Positions 13,570 through 25,501 of a stretch of DNA of 64,000 nucleotides are shown here, piece by piece. The DNA is taken from the NCBI GenBank assembly GCA_964016885.1, contig OZ024740.1, positions 75,268,001 to 75,332,000 of the forward strand. The letters run 5' to 3'. The DNA comes from Eledone cirrhosa (lineage: Eukaryota). A program made the position numbers and the translations under genes. A model generated the notes under the pieces. It was given only the letters and a program-made list of their open reading frames with translations. It did not search any database and had not been told where the DNA came from. Every line of letters starts with the position of its first letter. The stretch's first letter is position 1.

Positions 13570-14030
13570 ATGATGATAATCGTGATTATAATGATAATGC
13601 TATGGCGATGTTGGTGGTGGTGGCGGTGGCGGCTACAGTCATGGCGGTCGTGATGGTCGTTGTGGTATCGGTGGTCATAATGGATGACAATGATGATAAT
13701 GGGGTTGGTGGTAAGGATTGTAATGGGAATGACGATGAGGATGATGATAATGGAGAGGTGATGATGTTAGTGGTGATGATGATGATGATGATGATGATGA
13801 TGAGTAGGAGGAGGAGGAGGAGGAGGAGGATAATGGTAATGATGATGATGATAAGGAAGAAGATAATAACGATGATGATGATGATGATGATGATGATAAC
13901 CAGGATAATGTTGCTGCTATTACTACTGATGAAGAAGATCGTAATGATGATGGTGATCGTGGCAAGTATGATGGTGGCGATACTGATGATCTTATTGGTG
14001 ATGGGAATGATGATTACAGTGTTATTGGGA
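13570..14030. repeat. Degenerate (GAT/GGT/GAG)n trinucleotide tract
   Basis: Low-complexity runs; the poly-M and poly-S ORFs are by-products. Confidence 0.9.
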
Positions 14031-14220
14031 GAATAAACGAGAGTTGTGTTAACGTGGAGGAACTAGTTGTTGGTCACTCAATAACGACATAAACTGTACA
14101 CAGGATTATAAAGGAGATCGATTGACCTACTATTTCGAAATAATGAAAAACTAGGTCAAACACAGAAGCTGTAATACAAACATCCCTACATTTGCTATCT
14201 CCCAATTTCCTCAAAACGAT

Positions 14221-14283
<63 letters not shown>

Positions 14284-14436
14284 CTCTCTCTCTCTTTATA
14301 TATATACATGCGATCTTCCCTTTGATTTATCTGAACCTTATTTGATATATTTCTATATTTATATTTATAAGCTTCTCTAAAATATATTCAAAGGGATATT
14401 ATTTATTTAGATATAAAGCATATTAATATATATATT

Positions 14437-14511
<75 letters not shown>

Positions 14512-15914
14512 GTTCTATAGTAAGGTGTATTATTGGTTGTGTCAACCCTATACACACGCAAGTAAGTTCAGTTCAATGTTCTGCTATACGTGTATAGATT
14601 GAATTGTAACATCCGTATCGTCCAAAAAAGTGTATGTTTAGGTATATACACATCCATGTGAAGAGCAAGTAGTCAGCTCATATCGAACTCAGTATGTGCC
14701 GTTGTCCCATTGAGAATCTGTGTCCCCAAATCTGTGCGTGCAAGCAACCACTATGTAGGCCACCAAGGGGATCTGTGTAGGGTTGGGTATTTGGGTTAAG
14801 GTGTCAGTGTGTGCGATTTTCCGTCATATGGGCCCTTGGGCTTTTAAGATATATGTTTGCGTGGTGGAGGTGTGTTATCCAACACAAAAAGTAAAATAAA
14901 ATAACAAAGAATAGCAAAACCCAGAGGATGTGTGTAGGCCCATTAATGATGTGTAAGTATTATTGTCCAATCTGTAACCGTGAGCACTCCATGGTTAGAT
15001 GATCACGGATCAAAACCTAGTGTAGTGTTCATTTATTGGCCATGAAAGCATTTCAGAACATTTTCTCCCCACTCTAGCCTTTTGTCTTACATTTGTGTTC
15101 TATGAATTCTAAATAACGCATTTCATAAAGCTTTTTGATACATGATAGCATCCACATGACAAACGGACTCAAAAGCTGTACAGTTATTATAATATATATG
15201 TTATATAAAGAAATAAACAGCGCATTGTTGGAGTCGTTAGAAAGTCGGATATAATGCTTTGCAATATTATCCCGCCGAGATCAACTTTGTCATTCAACTT
15301 TTTGGGTCCGATAAAAAAGTACCAGTTCAGTACTGGGGTTAATCATTCCTTTGTATCTCTTTCTCACACCCTTTTTATCACTCTCTCTCTCTACTTCTCT
15401 GGAACAAATCGGCTGTGTTTAGATCGGAAGAGGGGATAGTCTCTGCCATGTTTAAAATGCCCTAGACACGCTGCATGTCTCTACGGTGACACGAAGGCGT
15501 CCTAACGACTTCATCATAAATTACTGGTTCATATAAACATATACAGGGAAACATCCAGACATTAACCCCAAAAGCTTTCGATAAGTAGAGTGTATGGGTG
15601 GGGTTTTTTAAATAAGGAAAATGTTGGCAGTGACTTCGAAATTTCGCATGTGATCGATATGTTTCAGCGATGAGTATTCTAGTCTGTTTTTTTTTTTTCG
15701 ATTAACTGAACTATCACTCGCTGTATGATAGTGTAAGATGCTGAGTATTGCACAGAGTGTTGTACCATTAACGTAATTTTCAGACAGAATTACCATTACA
15801 CGATGTGTGAGAAAACTGGCCCCTTGAGTGGTTTAGAAGATGGCTTCGTAATCACGAGATTTTGTAGAAACGTAATTCTTGTGTGTTAGACCTTGGTCGA
15901 ACAACGAAACTACC

Positions 15915-16521
15915 TAGTTGCAAGTAGCTAAGCATTCCACAGAGATGTGTCCTTTAACTTAGTTCTAAGAGAGATTCCGTATGGCAGGTATGTGATAAGA
16001 CTGGTAGTTAGAATTATATGTACTCTCAGGTCCCTAATAATAGTGGGTGCTGGAATAAGCGGGAGGTGGAGGTGGGAAAATCGATAATTTTTCTAGGTTG
16101 TCTCCATTGATTTTTTAAAAAACCAGAAGTAGTCATTTAGTTTACATATTGAGACCCCCCCCCCCCAGCCCTTCCTATTTATTTTATAACGTATGGGAGT
16201 TCTTGTAATCTACTTTTTTGTCATGTATAATGTCTTTTAATGTCTAAAGAAAATTAATTATCGCATGAATGCTACCACTTAAAATAAAATAGATTAACAT
16301 AATATAATAAGCGGTGGGAGAATAAGAGTGCGGCTTTGGAAAAAGTCTGAACATTTAATAAGGTGGGGATTATTCGAAACCCGAGAGTACAACTCATTTT
16401 TGTCATCTAAGTGGATTAGAGCAACGTGAAATAAAATATCTTGCTCAAGGATACACTGTGTTGCCTGAAATCGATTTCCCGACGTTACGGGAGTGGGAGC
16501 CTAACACTTTAACCACTAAAC
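15915..16521 (-). mobile_element. CORE-like tRNA-derived SINE split by the MITE
   Basis: Reverse-complement similarity to 36430-36730 (CCTTGAGCAAGATATTTTATTTCACGTTGCTC). Confidence 0.65.
16023..16387. mobile_element. MITE with TA target duplication, inserted into a SINE
   Basis: Imperfect TIRs CTCTCAGGTCCCTAATAAT / ATTATTCGAAACCCGAGAG, TA on both sides, and subterminal AATAAG motifs. The flanks join into one SINE. Confidence 0.7.
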
Positions 16522-17232
16522 CTTTACGAAATAAAGAAACATAGGCTGATAAAAAGAAAACATTGAATGATTTCATTGACACAAAAGCAGACAACCACTC
16601 AAAGATAGAAATGGATTTTTTTGTGTCAGTATAGTAGGAGGCTTACCTAGATAAATATACGATTGAAAATGTTTCAACATTTGCTATGAGCATTTCAAGT
16701 CACTAAGGAGTGCGCGTGCTATAAAAACTTCTGGTTGTGTTTGTAAAGTTAGTGCATTTGCTTTTCATCATTGTGGCGAGGTTTAGATAAATCTTTCAAT
16801 GGCTGCTTCAGTTTTGTCCTCATGTAAACAGGTTATTGAACTGAGTGTCGACAAAGATTGACGCCAATGGTTGTTCTCCGAAACAAAAAAAAACAACGGA
16901 AGCACTGTTGTTTAACATTGTCAGTCTACAATTTATTCAATGAACCCTCTATGAAATGTCATTTTAACATATTCCCTCCTTTCATATCAACGTTTTCGAT
17001 AGGCCATATGAGATTAAAATACTAACTCGAGTGTTAAAAGGTAACGGTGCTACTTTCATTCATATGCATACTTTTTCCTTCTCTCACTCTTAATATTCAC
17101 ACACATACACTTATATAAATACACAGGCATATATGCATATATGTACATGAATGTGTTACGTATATATTTATATTCACCTCTCTCTCTCTCTTTCTCTCTC
17201 TCTCTATATATATATATATGTATATATATATG

Positions 17233-17291
<59 letters not shown>

Positions 17292-17344
17292 GTATATATA
17301 TATGTATATATATATATGTGTATATATATATATGTATATATATG

Positions 17345-17380
<36 letters not shown>

Positions 17381-17929
17381 TACACATGTATATTGTATGT
17401 ATGTATGTGTGTGTATGTGTGTGAATGTGTGTGTTGAGGCTATTGTTAAGCATACAATAGATAATGCAAACGAAGTTGTAACATATCTAACACATCCCAG
17501 CAGGTTTTTATTTATTTATTCAACTGAAGCAAGGTAATAAAGTCACTAAAATGCAAGGGGTTACTGCGAAGGGAAAATGACAAGACAGATGATATCATTC
17601 AAGGAGAGAAAATAACGATTGGAGTTGGTTTTGAATTCCTCTAAATTGTGGTGTTCAGGAAAGCAAGAAGCCGGAAGATGATTCTATAAGCGAGATGTGT
17701 GAAGGAAGAATCTGTCAGAATAGAATTAGCAATAACATTTAGGAGCTCCTTCTTTAAAGGGATGAAACTTAGCCACAAATCTATTACTCCGTTTAAACTA
17801 AAAACAAATCCAGTACTCCATTTAAACTTGAACAACACATAACTTTATTCACTGCAAAAGTGTATGAAACAATAATACAATACGTTGCAGGCGTCACATT
17901 TATTTACAAAACGACCAATGGAACAGCTT

Positions 17930-19900
17930 CTCAGTTATTATTGGTCATAAGTAACTCTCAGTTAATGCCGGTCAAAAGCATTTGTTACAAGGATTGTTGG
18001 CAGTATCGGTAGAGGGTCGGACGCCATGCTTTCCAGCATAGTTACGTCCCTTTACGGTCTGAGTTCAAATCCCGCCGAGGTTAACTTTGCCTTTCATCCT
18101 TACGGGGTCGATAAAATAAAGTACCAGTAATGCACTGGGTAATTGCTGGCCTTGTGCCAAAAGTAGAAACAATTATTAATCATAAATAACTTAGTTATTT
18201 CTGGTGTTAGATAGTTCCCACTTATTAGTGGCAATGTATAACTATAAGATATTACTGGTTATAACTCTCAATTAAGTTCAGTTATAATATAACACTATAG
18301 CAGAAGAAAAAGGGCTGATCATAAGTAACTTTCACTTATTACAAGGCATATGTGATTATCAGTTATTACTAGTTATAAGTAATCCATGGTTACTGGTTAT
18401 AAGTAACTGTCCATTATTACCAAGGATATGTAACTATGTAACTATCAGTTATTACTGGTCATAAGTTACTTCTGGTTATAGATAATTTGCCGTTCTTACT
18501 GGTCTCAGATAACTATCAGTTGTTACTGGTCATAGATAGCGCAGCTATTACTGGTCATAGATAACTATCAGTTATTACTAGTCATAGTTAACTATCTGTT
18601 ATTACTGGTCATAGATAACAATTAGCTATTACTGGCCTTAGATAGCACAGCTCTTACTGGCCATAGATAGAACAGCTATTACTAGTCTTAGATAGAACAG
18701 CTATTACAGGTCTTAGCACAGCTATTACTGGTCTTAGATAGCACTGCTATTACAGATCATAGACAGCACAGCTATTACTGGTTATTGATAGCACAGCTGT
18801 TAATGGTCATAGTTAACTATCAGTTGTTACTCGTCTTAGCACAGATATTACTGATCATAGATAACACAGTTATTACTGGTCATAGATAGCCCAGCTATTA
18901 CTGGTCATACATACTAGTTATTACAGGTCATAGATACCACAATTATTACTGGTCATAGATAGTACAGCTATTACAAGTCATAGTTACCTATCAGTTATTA
19001 CTAGTCATAGTTAACTATCAACTATTACTAGTCATAGTTAACAATCAGCTATTACTGGTATTAGATAGTGCAGCTATTACTATTCATAGATAGCACAGTT
19101 CTTACTGGTCATAGATAGCACAGCTATTACTGGTTAGAGATAGCACAGCTATTACTGGTTAGAGATAGCACAGCTATTACTGGTTAAAGATAGCACAGCT
19201 ATTACTGGTCATAGATAGCACAACTATTACTGGTCATAGATAGCACAGCTATTACTGGTTAGAGATAGCACAGCTATTACTGGTCATAGATAGCACAACT
19301 ATTACTGGTCATAAGTAGCACAGCTATTACTGGTCATAGATAGCACAGTTATTACTGGTTAGAGATAGCACAGCTATTACTGGTCATAGATAGCACAACT
19401 ATTACTGGTCATAAGTAGCACAGCTATTACTGGTCTTAGATAGCACAGCTATTACTGGTTTTAGATAGCACAGCTATTACTGGTCATAGATAGCACAACT
19501 ATTACTGGTCATAAGTAGCACAGCTATTACTGGTCTTAGATAGCACAGCTATTACTGGTTTTAGATAGCACAACTATTACTGGTCATAGATAACACAGCT
19601 ATTACTGGTCATAGATAGCACAGTTATTACTGGTCGTGGTTAACTATCCGTTGTTACTGGTCATAAACAGCACAGCTATTACTAGTCACGGACAGCACAG
19701 CTATTACTTGTCTTAGATTGCACAGCTGTTACTAGTCACAGTTAACTATCAGTTATTACTGGTCTTAGATAGCACAGCTGTTACTGGTCATAGTTAACTA
19801 TCAGCTATTACTTGTCTTAGACAGTACACCTGTTACTAATCATAGTTAACTATCAGTTTCCTCTGGCTATATACAACTGTCATTTGGTTTTTACTGGTCA
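17930..19900. repeat. Minisatellite, ~25-bp unit TAGCACAGCTATTACTGGTCATAGA with longer variants
   Basis: 25-bp period at 19141/19166/19191; degenerate toward both ends. Confidence 0.95.
17997..18177 (+). mobile_element. Meta-like SINE (young subfamily)
   Basis: Nearly identical to 34019-34206. Confidence 0.88.
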
Positions 19901-19910
19901 TAGTTACTTT

Positions 19911-20267
19911 TAGTTATAGATAGCTGTCTGTAGTTATAGATAGCTGTCTGTAGTTATAGATAGCTGTCTGTAGTTATAGATAGCTGTCTGTAGTTATAGA
20001 TAGCTGTCTGTAGTTATAGATAGCTGTCTGTAGTTATAGATAGCTGTCTGTAGTTATAGATAGCTGTCTGTAGTTATAGATAGCTGTCTGTAGTTATAGA
20101 TAGCTGTCTGTAGTTATAGATAGCTGTCTGTAGTTATAGATAGCTGTCTGTAGTTATAGATAGCTGTCTGTAGTTATAGATAGCTGTCTGTAGTTATAGA
20201 TAGCTGTCTGTAGTTATAGATAGCTGTCTGTAGTTATAGATAGCTGTCTGTAGTTATAGATAGCTGT
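19911..20267. repeat. Perfect 20-bp minisatellite TAGTTATAGATAGCTGTCTG, ~18 copies
   Basis: Directly visible, with no variant units. Confidence 0.98.
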
Positions 20268-20382
20268 ATTGGTCAGGTAGGCGGGTAGCTGCCTTCTAGT
20301 TGTTATTAGGACTCATTCTTGTTACATCTTTCTTTACATATTTGTTCGTCTGTATTCAAAATATCTTTCTTTGTCGCTTGGA

Positions 20383-20460
<78 letters not shown>

Positions 20461-20899
20461 GTTTCCTCTCGTTCTTTGAAAAATTGGTCAGTAAGATGAG
20501 GTGGGGAGAGGGGGTAGATATAGAAGTTGCTAGTCAAATATTGCATGTTGCAGACGAAAAAAAAATAATAAAGCAAGAGACAAAAAGAGCGACAGGCAAT
20601 AAGAAAGAGAGAGGGAGGGAGAGTGATAGAGAGAAAGTATTTATGTGAGAGACAGGGGGGGGGGGGGGGTAAACAGAGGGGGAGGAGGAGGAGGGACAGT
20701 GGTGTGTAGATATTGACTGTTGTGATGGCGTAGTTGAGTTGCCGGGCAACTATTTGGGTCAAGGGAGAAATCTATTCTAAATAATCTTCTTGTATAACAT
20801 ACAATTTAGTGCAGCCGTGGGTAAACAGGCCACACTATTGAATAGTCATCTTGTGGGGCAGCGTTTCATTTGCATAGCACTATAGCAAAAGAGTGACGG

Positions 20900-20931
<32 letters not shown>

Positions 20932-21271
20932 ATTTATATATATGCATGTATGCACACTTCTATGTATACATGCATTGTTGTATGTATGTATGTATACATG
21001 TATTGTTGTATGTATGTATGCATATATGTATGTATGCATGTATATATGGATACATGTATGTTTATTTGTATGTGCACGCATGATTTAGAGATCTTAACAA
21101 TGTGATAGGCTTTTCTATTGATAGTATACAAGACTATCAAGTTTAAATAGCGTCCTTAACAAACCAGTTCAATGAATAAATATGGCTGTGTTTGTCTATT
21201 CGTATGGCGATATATATATACGTATCTTTGTATTTATATGTATGTGCTTATATAAAATTCATACATAAATA

Positions 21272-22120
21272 TATGAGATTTGTCAAAACCGTATCCAACC
21301 TTAAGCTGGGAAAATTACATATTTGGTAGGATTCAATTGCAAATTGCCTTCGAAGTAGGCACTTTGTGCATCGACGCACTTATCACAGTGATTCTTCCAT
21401 TGTCTGCAGCATGTCTGGAATTTCTCTCAGCTCCACCGTCGCAGTCCACATGATGTTCTTGTGGAACTCTTGATTTTGGAGATCAACCAGAAGCCAGAAG
21501 GAGCCCTACATGGAGGGTAGGGAAACTGGCAAATGAGTGAAATACCTTTCTTTGCCCGGAAATTTTGAATTAGCTGTGAAGAGAGAGCCCTGGCGTTGTC
21601 ATGATGCAGCTGTCAGTGTTGTGGGGCCAATAGATCAGGTCTCTTGCACTAAATAGCATTATAAAGACATTGGAAGATTGCCTGATAATACCCCTTTGTT
21701 AATGTGTGTCCTTCTGGTGCATGTTTGTGATGAATAACACCTCGATAGTCAAAGAAAAGAGAAGCGTCCCCTTTATTTTACTTTGCCCCTGGCATGCTTT
21801 TGGGGGCCTTTGGTGACTGTTGATACTTCCACTGTGATGACTGAGTTTGATTCCCGGGTCATAAACGTACACTCATGTCTCATCTCCAGGAACTCAAGAT
21901 CCTTATGGGTAGTATCGGGTGAAATGAGAATGCGGCGAGTAGGTTGTGCAGCACCTCACATGATAGCTGCCTGACAACGATTGATGCATTCAGCGAACTC
22001 ACCAAAATACGACGAATACACATGAATGTATGCGGCTACATTCCGCATAGTTTTGTCACCCTAGCGTCATTACTTCCGACGCTATAAATTAGAGTCGGTT
22101 ATTTTTCGACAGACATCGTA
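21272..22120 (-). mobile_element. Decayed, internally deleted mariner-type DNA transposon
   Basis: Minus strand gives GDET.VYVYDP, LFFDYRGVIHH, KRPDL, QLHHDNARA and WKNHCDKCVDAQSAYFEG. Degenerate TIR-like ends: TATGAGATTTGTC and GACAGACATCGTA. Confidence 0.8.
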
Positions 22121-22379
22121 CATAGACATATACATACCTAAATACAAACACACATACATAAATTCCTACATATATGCATGCATACAGACACACACAGACA
22201 TGCTTATATACATACATTCTTATATAAACACAGAGAGATACACAGGCCTACACACATATATCTATATACACAGATATGTATGTATATATACATGTATCGG
22301 AACGTATGTGCGCATAAAAATATAAGGGTTTATATGATTATGCATGAATGTACGTATGTAGATATTTAAGCATATTGGG

Positions 22380-22645
22380 AAGATGTGTGGCTTAGTGGTG
22401 TTGGGCATACGATCACTAGGTCATAAGTTCAGTTCTCGGCGTAGTGTTTCGTTCTTAAGCAAGCCAATTTATTTCAAGTTGTTCCATTTCACTCCACCGG
22501 AAAATAAGAGTTGCGATGACACCTTTGCCTTTATTTTGGACAACATCAGTGGCGTGGAGAGGAGAGACAGGCGTGCATAGGAAACTGCACAAAACATCTT
22601 GCCCAGGCTTACACATTGAAAAGAATTTTCCGCGTGCAAACCTAT
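22380..22645 (+). mobile_element. tRNA-derived SINE (CORE-like head, second tail type)
   Basis: A box TGGCTTAGTGG; body and tail are homologous to 56285-56520 on the minus strand. Confidence 0.6.
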
Positions 22646-22763
22646 CGTTAGTAATGACCGCAGAGCGCTACAAGTATACATATATATATATATACAAACA
22701 TACACATACATACACATACAGGCACAAATATACACACTCACACGCGTGTACATTCATACATAC

Positions 22764-22820
<57 letters not shown>

Positions 22821-23822
22821 TAATTTCAGAGAGATTCGGATTTCGGCTGTGGTCGAAAACAAAGTGAAGCGTAATATCCGAGTTATGCTGGCAAGCGCTC
22901 CATGGACCAAATAAAGGCCAGAGCAATAAACATAGGTTATAAAGGCCAAACAAACTGAGATGGCGATCAAGAAGCCATCAACCACTTAAGCCAAAAAGAC
23001 GAGGCAAGCCAAACAGGTCAAACAAAATAATTGAAATATTGAAATATATATATATATGGGGATGGCCGTGTTGCCAGTACTGCCAATAAAAAGAAACACC
23101 ATAAAATTTTCACTTTAATCTTTATTGCTCGTTATTCATTCGTTTGTCAAAGTTCTTTGATCACACATTCTGTAACTTCAATGACTATCTGTTCTCTGTT
23201 GTGCCTCTTCTTCTTTCTGGTCAAAACAAAAGACAAGATGGATTAGAAGTTTAAGAATTTATAAAATTTTGTCTTGATGCAAACTTCAAAGAACCTTTTA
23301 ATAATACATGTTTATTAATACAACATTCAGTTTTATCAAAAGATTTGTTTTGGCCTACGTATGTATCTATGGATGGAATTATACATATATATATTTAAAT
23401 AATTTTGAAAACCAAACAAAGCATTAGAAAGAAAATTAAATCGTGATTTAATTTTCTTTGTAATGAATTGTTTGGTTTTCAAAATTATTTAAATTTGTGT
23501 TTCCTAGTCAACAATCCTTCAAGCAATCTACAAAAGTATATATATATAACAAAGATAGCCGAACTTGTCAAGGGGGTACTTCCTTATATGGGAAGATTGT
23601 AGTTATCAAGAGGATTGGTTAAAATTTGTTGTAAACACAAATAAGTCTATCATGGCATTTGGTGGGAGGTAGGGGTGGCTGAACTTGCCTGTAGAACAAT
23701 AGGGGTGTGAGTGAAGTCGGTCAAGCGTTGAAAGTGATAAGTATACAGCAGATTCTAAGGATAGTGTATGAAGGGAAAGGAGACTTAAAGATCTCCTTAA
23801 TGAAAGCTCCATAGACCTCATC

Positions 23823-24993
23823 ATGTACTCTCGTTATGTAGACGATATCAATATAGTTATAAGAACACCCCCACTAGAGAGCACTAACAAGTTTGATTTA
23901 GAACGTAGCACGATGGAAAGCATCCAACAGATAGCTAATTCCATACACCAGAGTATAACTGTAACTATAGACTTCCCTTCCAAACACCCTAACAATAGAC
24001 TACCTGTATTAGACACAGAACTCTGGATTAACACTATAGACGAGAGAGCCCAAATTCTCCACTCACACTATGCTAAACCCATGGCCTCCAAATACCTGAT
24101 ACTCAAAAACTCAGCAATGTCCAGTAGTGCTAAGTTTAATATTCTGATCGCAGATTTGGTACGAGTGATGAAGAATGTGTCCAGCATGTGCGACCCAACA
24201 GAAATGGAAGGACACATCCAACACTTCATCAACCGCATGCAGTTCTCTGGCTACAACCAAAGAGACAGAGTCAGAGTATACGAAGGAGCCATGGAAAAGT
24301 ATAAGACCCTCATAGAACTGGACATGAAAGGAATTTGCCCACTATACAGGAGCAAATCATGGAATAGCTTAGATAGGGCTAGACATAAGATAGGGAAGGC
24401 CACATCATGGTACGACAACCAGAGATATCAGAGTGTCATGTTTGTGGACGCCACCCCTGGAGGGAAATTAGCTAACCAGTGTAGAAAGGCCCTGAGAAAG
24501 ACCCACTTAAAAATAAAGGTGGTAGAAAAGCCAGGAACCACCATAAAATCCCTGATCAGCAAAACCTACCCTTTTAAGAAAACCCACTGTACCAATAGGA
24601 AATGTATCATTTGTAAGGTGAATCCCCCGGATAAACTGTAAAACTAGAAACGTAGTCTATAGCATAAGATGTACAGAGAGTACTTGCAGAAACATGACAA
24701 CAACATACATAGGTGAGACAGCTCGTAGCATAGGTGAAAGGATAGACCAACACTGGGGGGAACTAAAAGGACGAAAAAACGGGTCAGTACTATACGAACA
24801 TGCTAGACAACAACATGACGGTAACATAGACAACATAGAAATTAGAATAATATCTAAACATAGGAATGACCCAGCAGATAGGCAAATCAGAGAGGCCAGT
24901 GAAATAGAAATTAGAAGACCAAAGCTAAACAGAAAGAATGAGTGGAACAACAACAACACCCAAACAAACAACACTGACCTAAGAGAAGTATAA
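23823..24993 (+). pseudogene. 5'-truncated duplicate of the PLE RT C-terminus/thumb and GIY-YIG
   Basis: ORFs 23823-24641 and 24694-24993 match the corresponding parts of the downstream copy. Confidence 0.9.
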
Positions 24994-25258
24994 ATAAGTA
25001 AATAAAATTAAATAAAATAAGATAAATAAATACATACACAAGCGCATAAACACACACTAGTCACCCAGCAGACACAACACTATACACACTAGTCACACAT
25101 CACACATAACACTATACACACACGCAAACGCATGCGCAAAGAAGACAAAATCAAATAAGATAAACAAACAAGCAAATAAATAAATAAATATATAGACAGA
25201 CTGAACAAAAAAAAAAAAAAAATGGCGTAGACATACAACACAACAGGAGGAACAATGA

Positions 25259-25315
25259 ATATAACACCACTGACGATGTTGCAGATGTGCAACGAAAGAT
25301 TTATGTAAATTATGT
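25259..25315 (+). ncRNA. Hammerhead motif in PLE pLTR
   Basis: CA CUGACGA U GUUGCA GAUG UGCAAC GAAA GAUU UA^ UG; stem I is 2 bp plus distal AUAUAA/UUAUGU. Confidence 0.7.
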
Positions 25316-25501
25316 AAACTATATATATGTGTTTGTGTCTATATTGTATCTGTATTATTTTTGACCGCCGGTCAGTCAATGGCAACATTGAGGACCGAGT
25401 AAGTTAGATCGCAGATATATATATATAAAAGACAGCGAGAAGCGAAAACCAACCAAACAGTGAGTGTGTTCTGTTATTAATTCTGGCAATATTACGCAAA
25501 T

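Noticed and set aside
13602-14036. Poly-Met/Arg or poly-Ser protein
   Set aside because: Trinucleotide low-complexity DNA with no domain signal or exon evidence.
17930-20267. CRISPR-like array
   Set aside because: Units are contiguous with no unique spacers, there are no cas genes and the context is eukaryotic; these are minisatellites.
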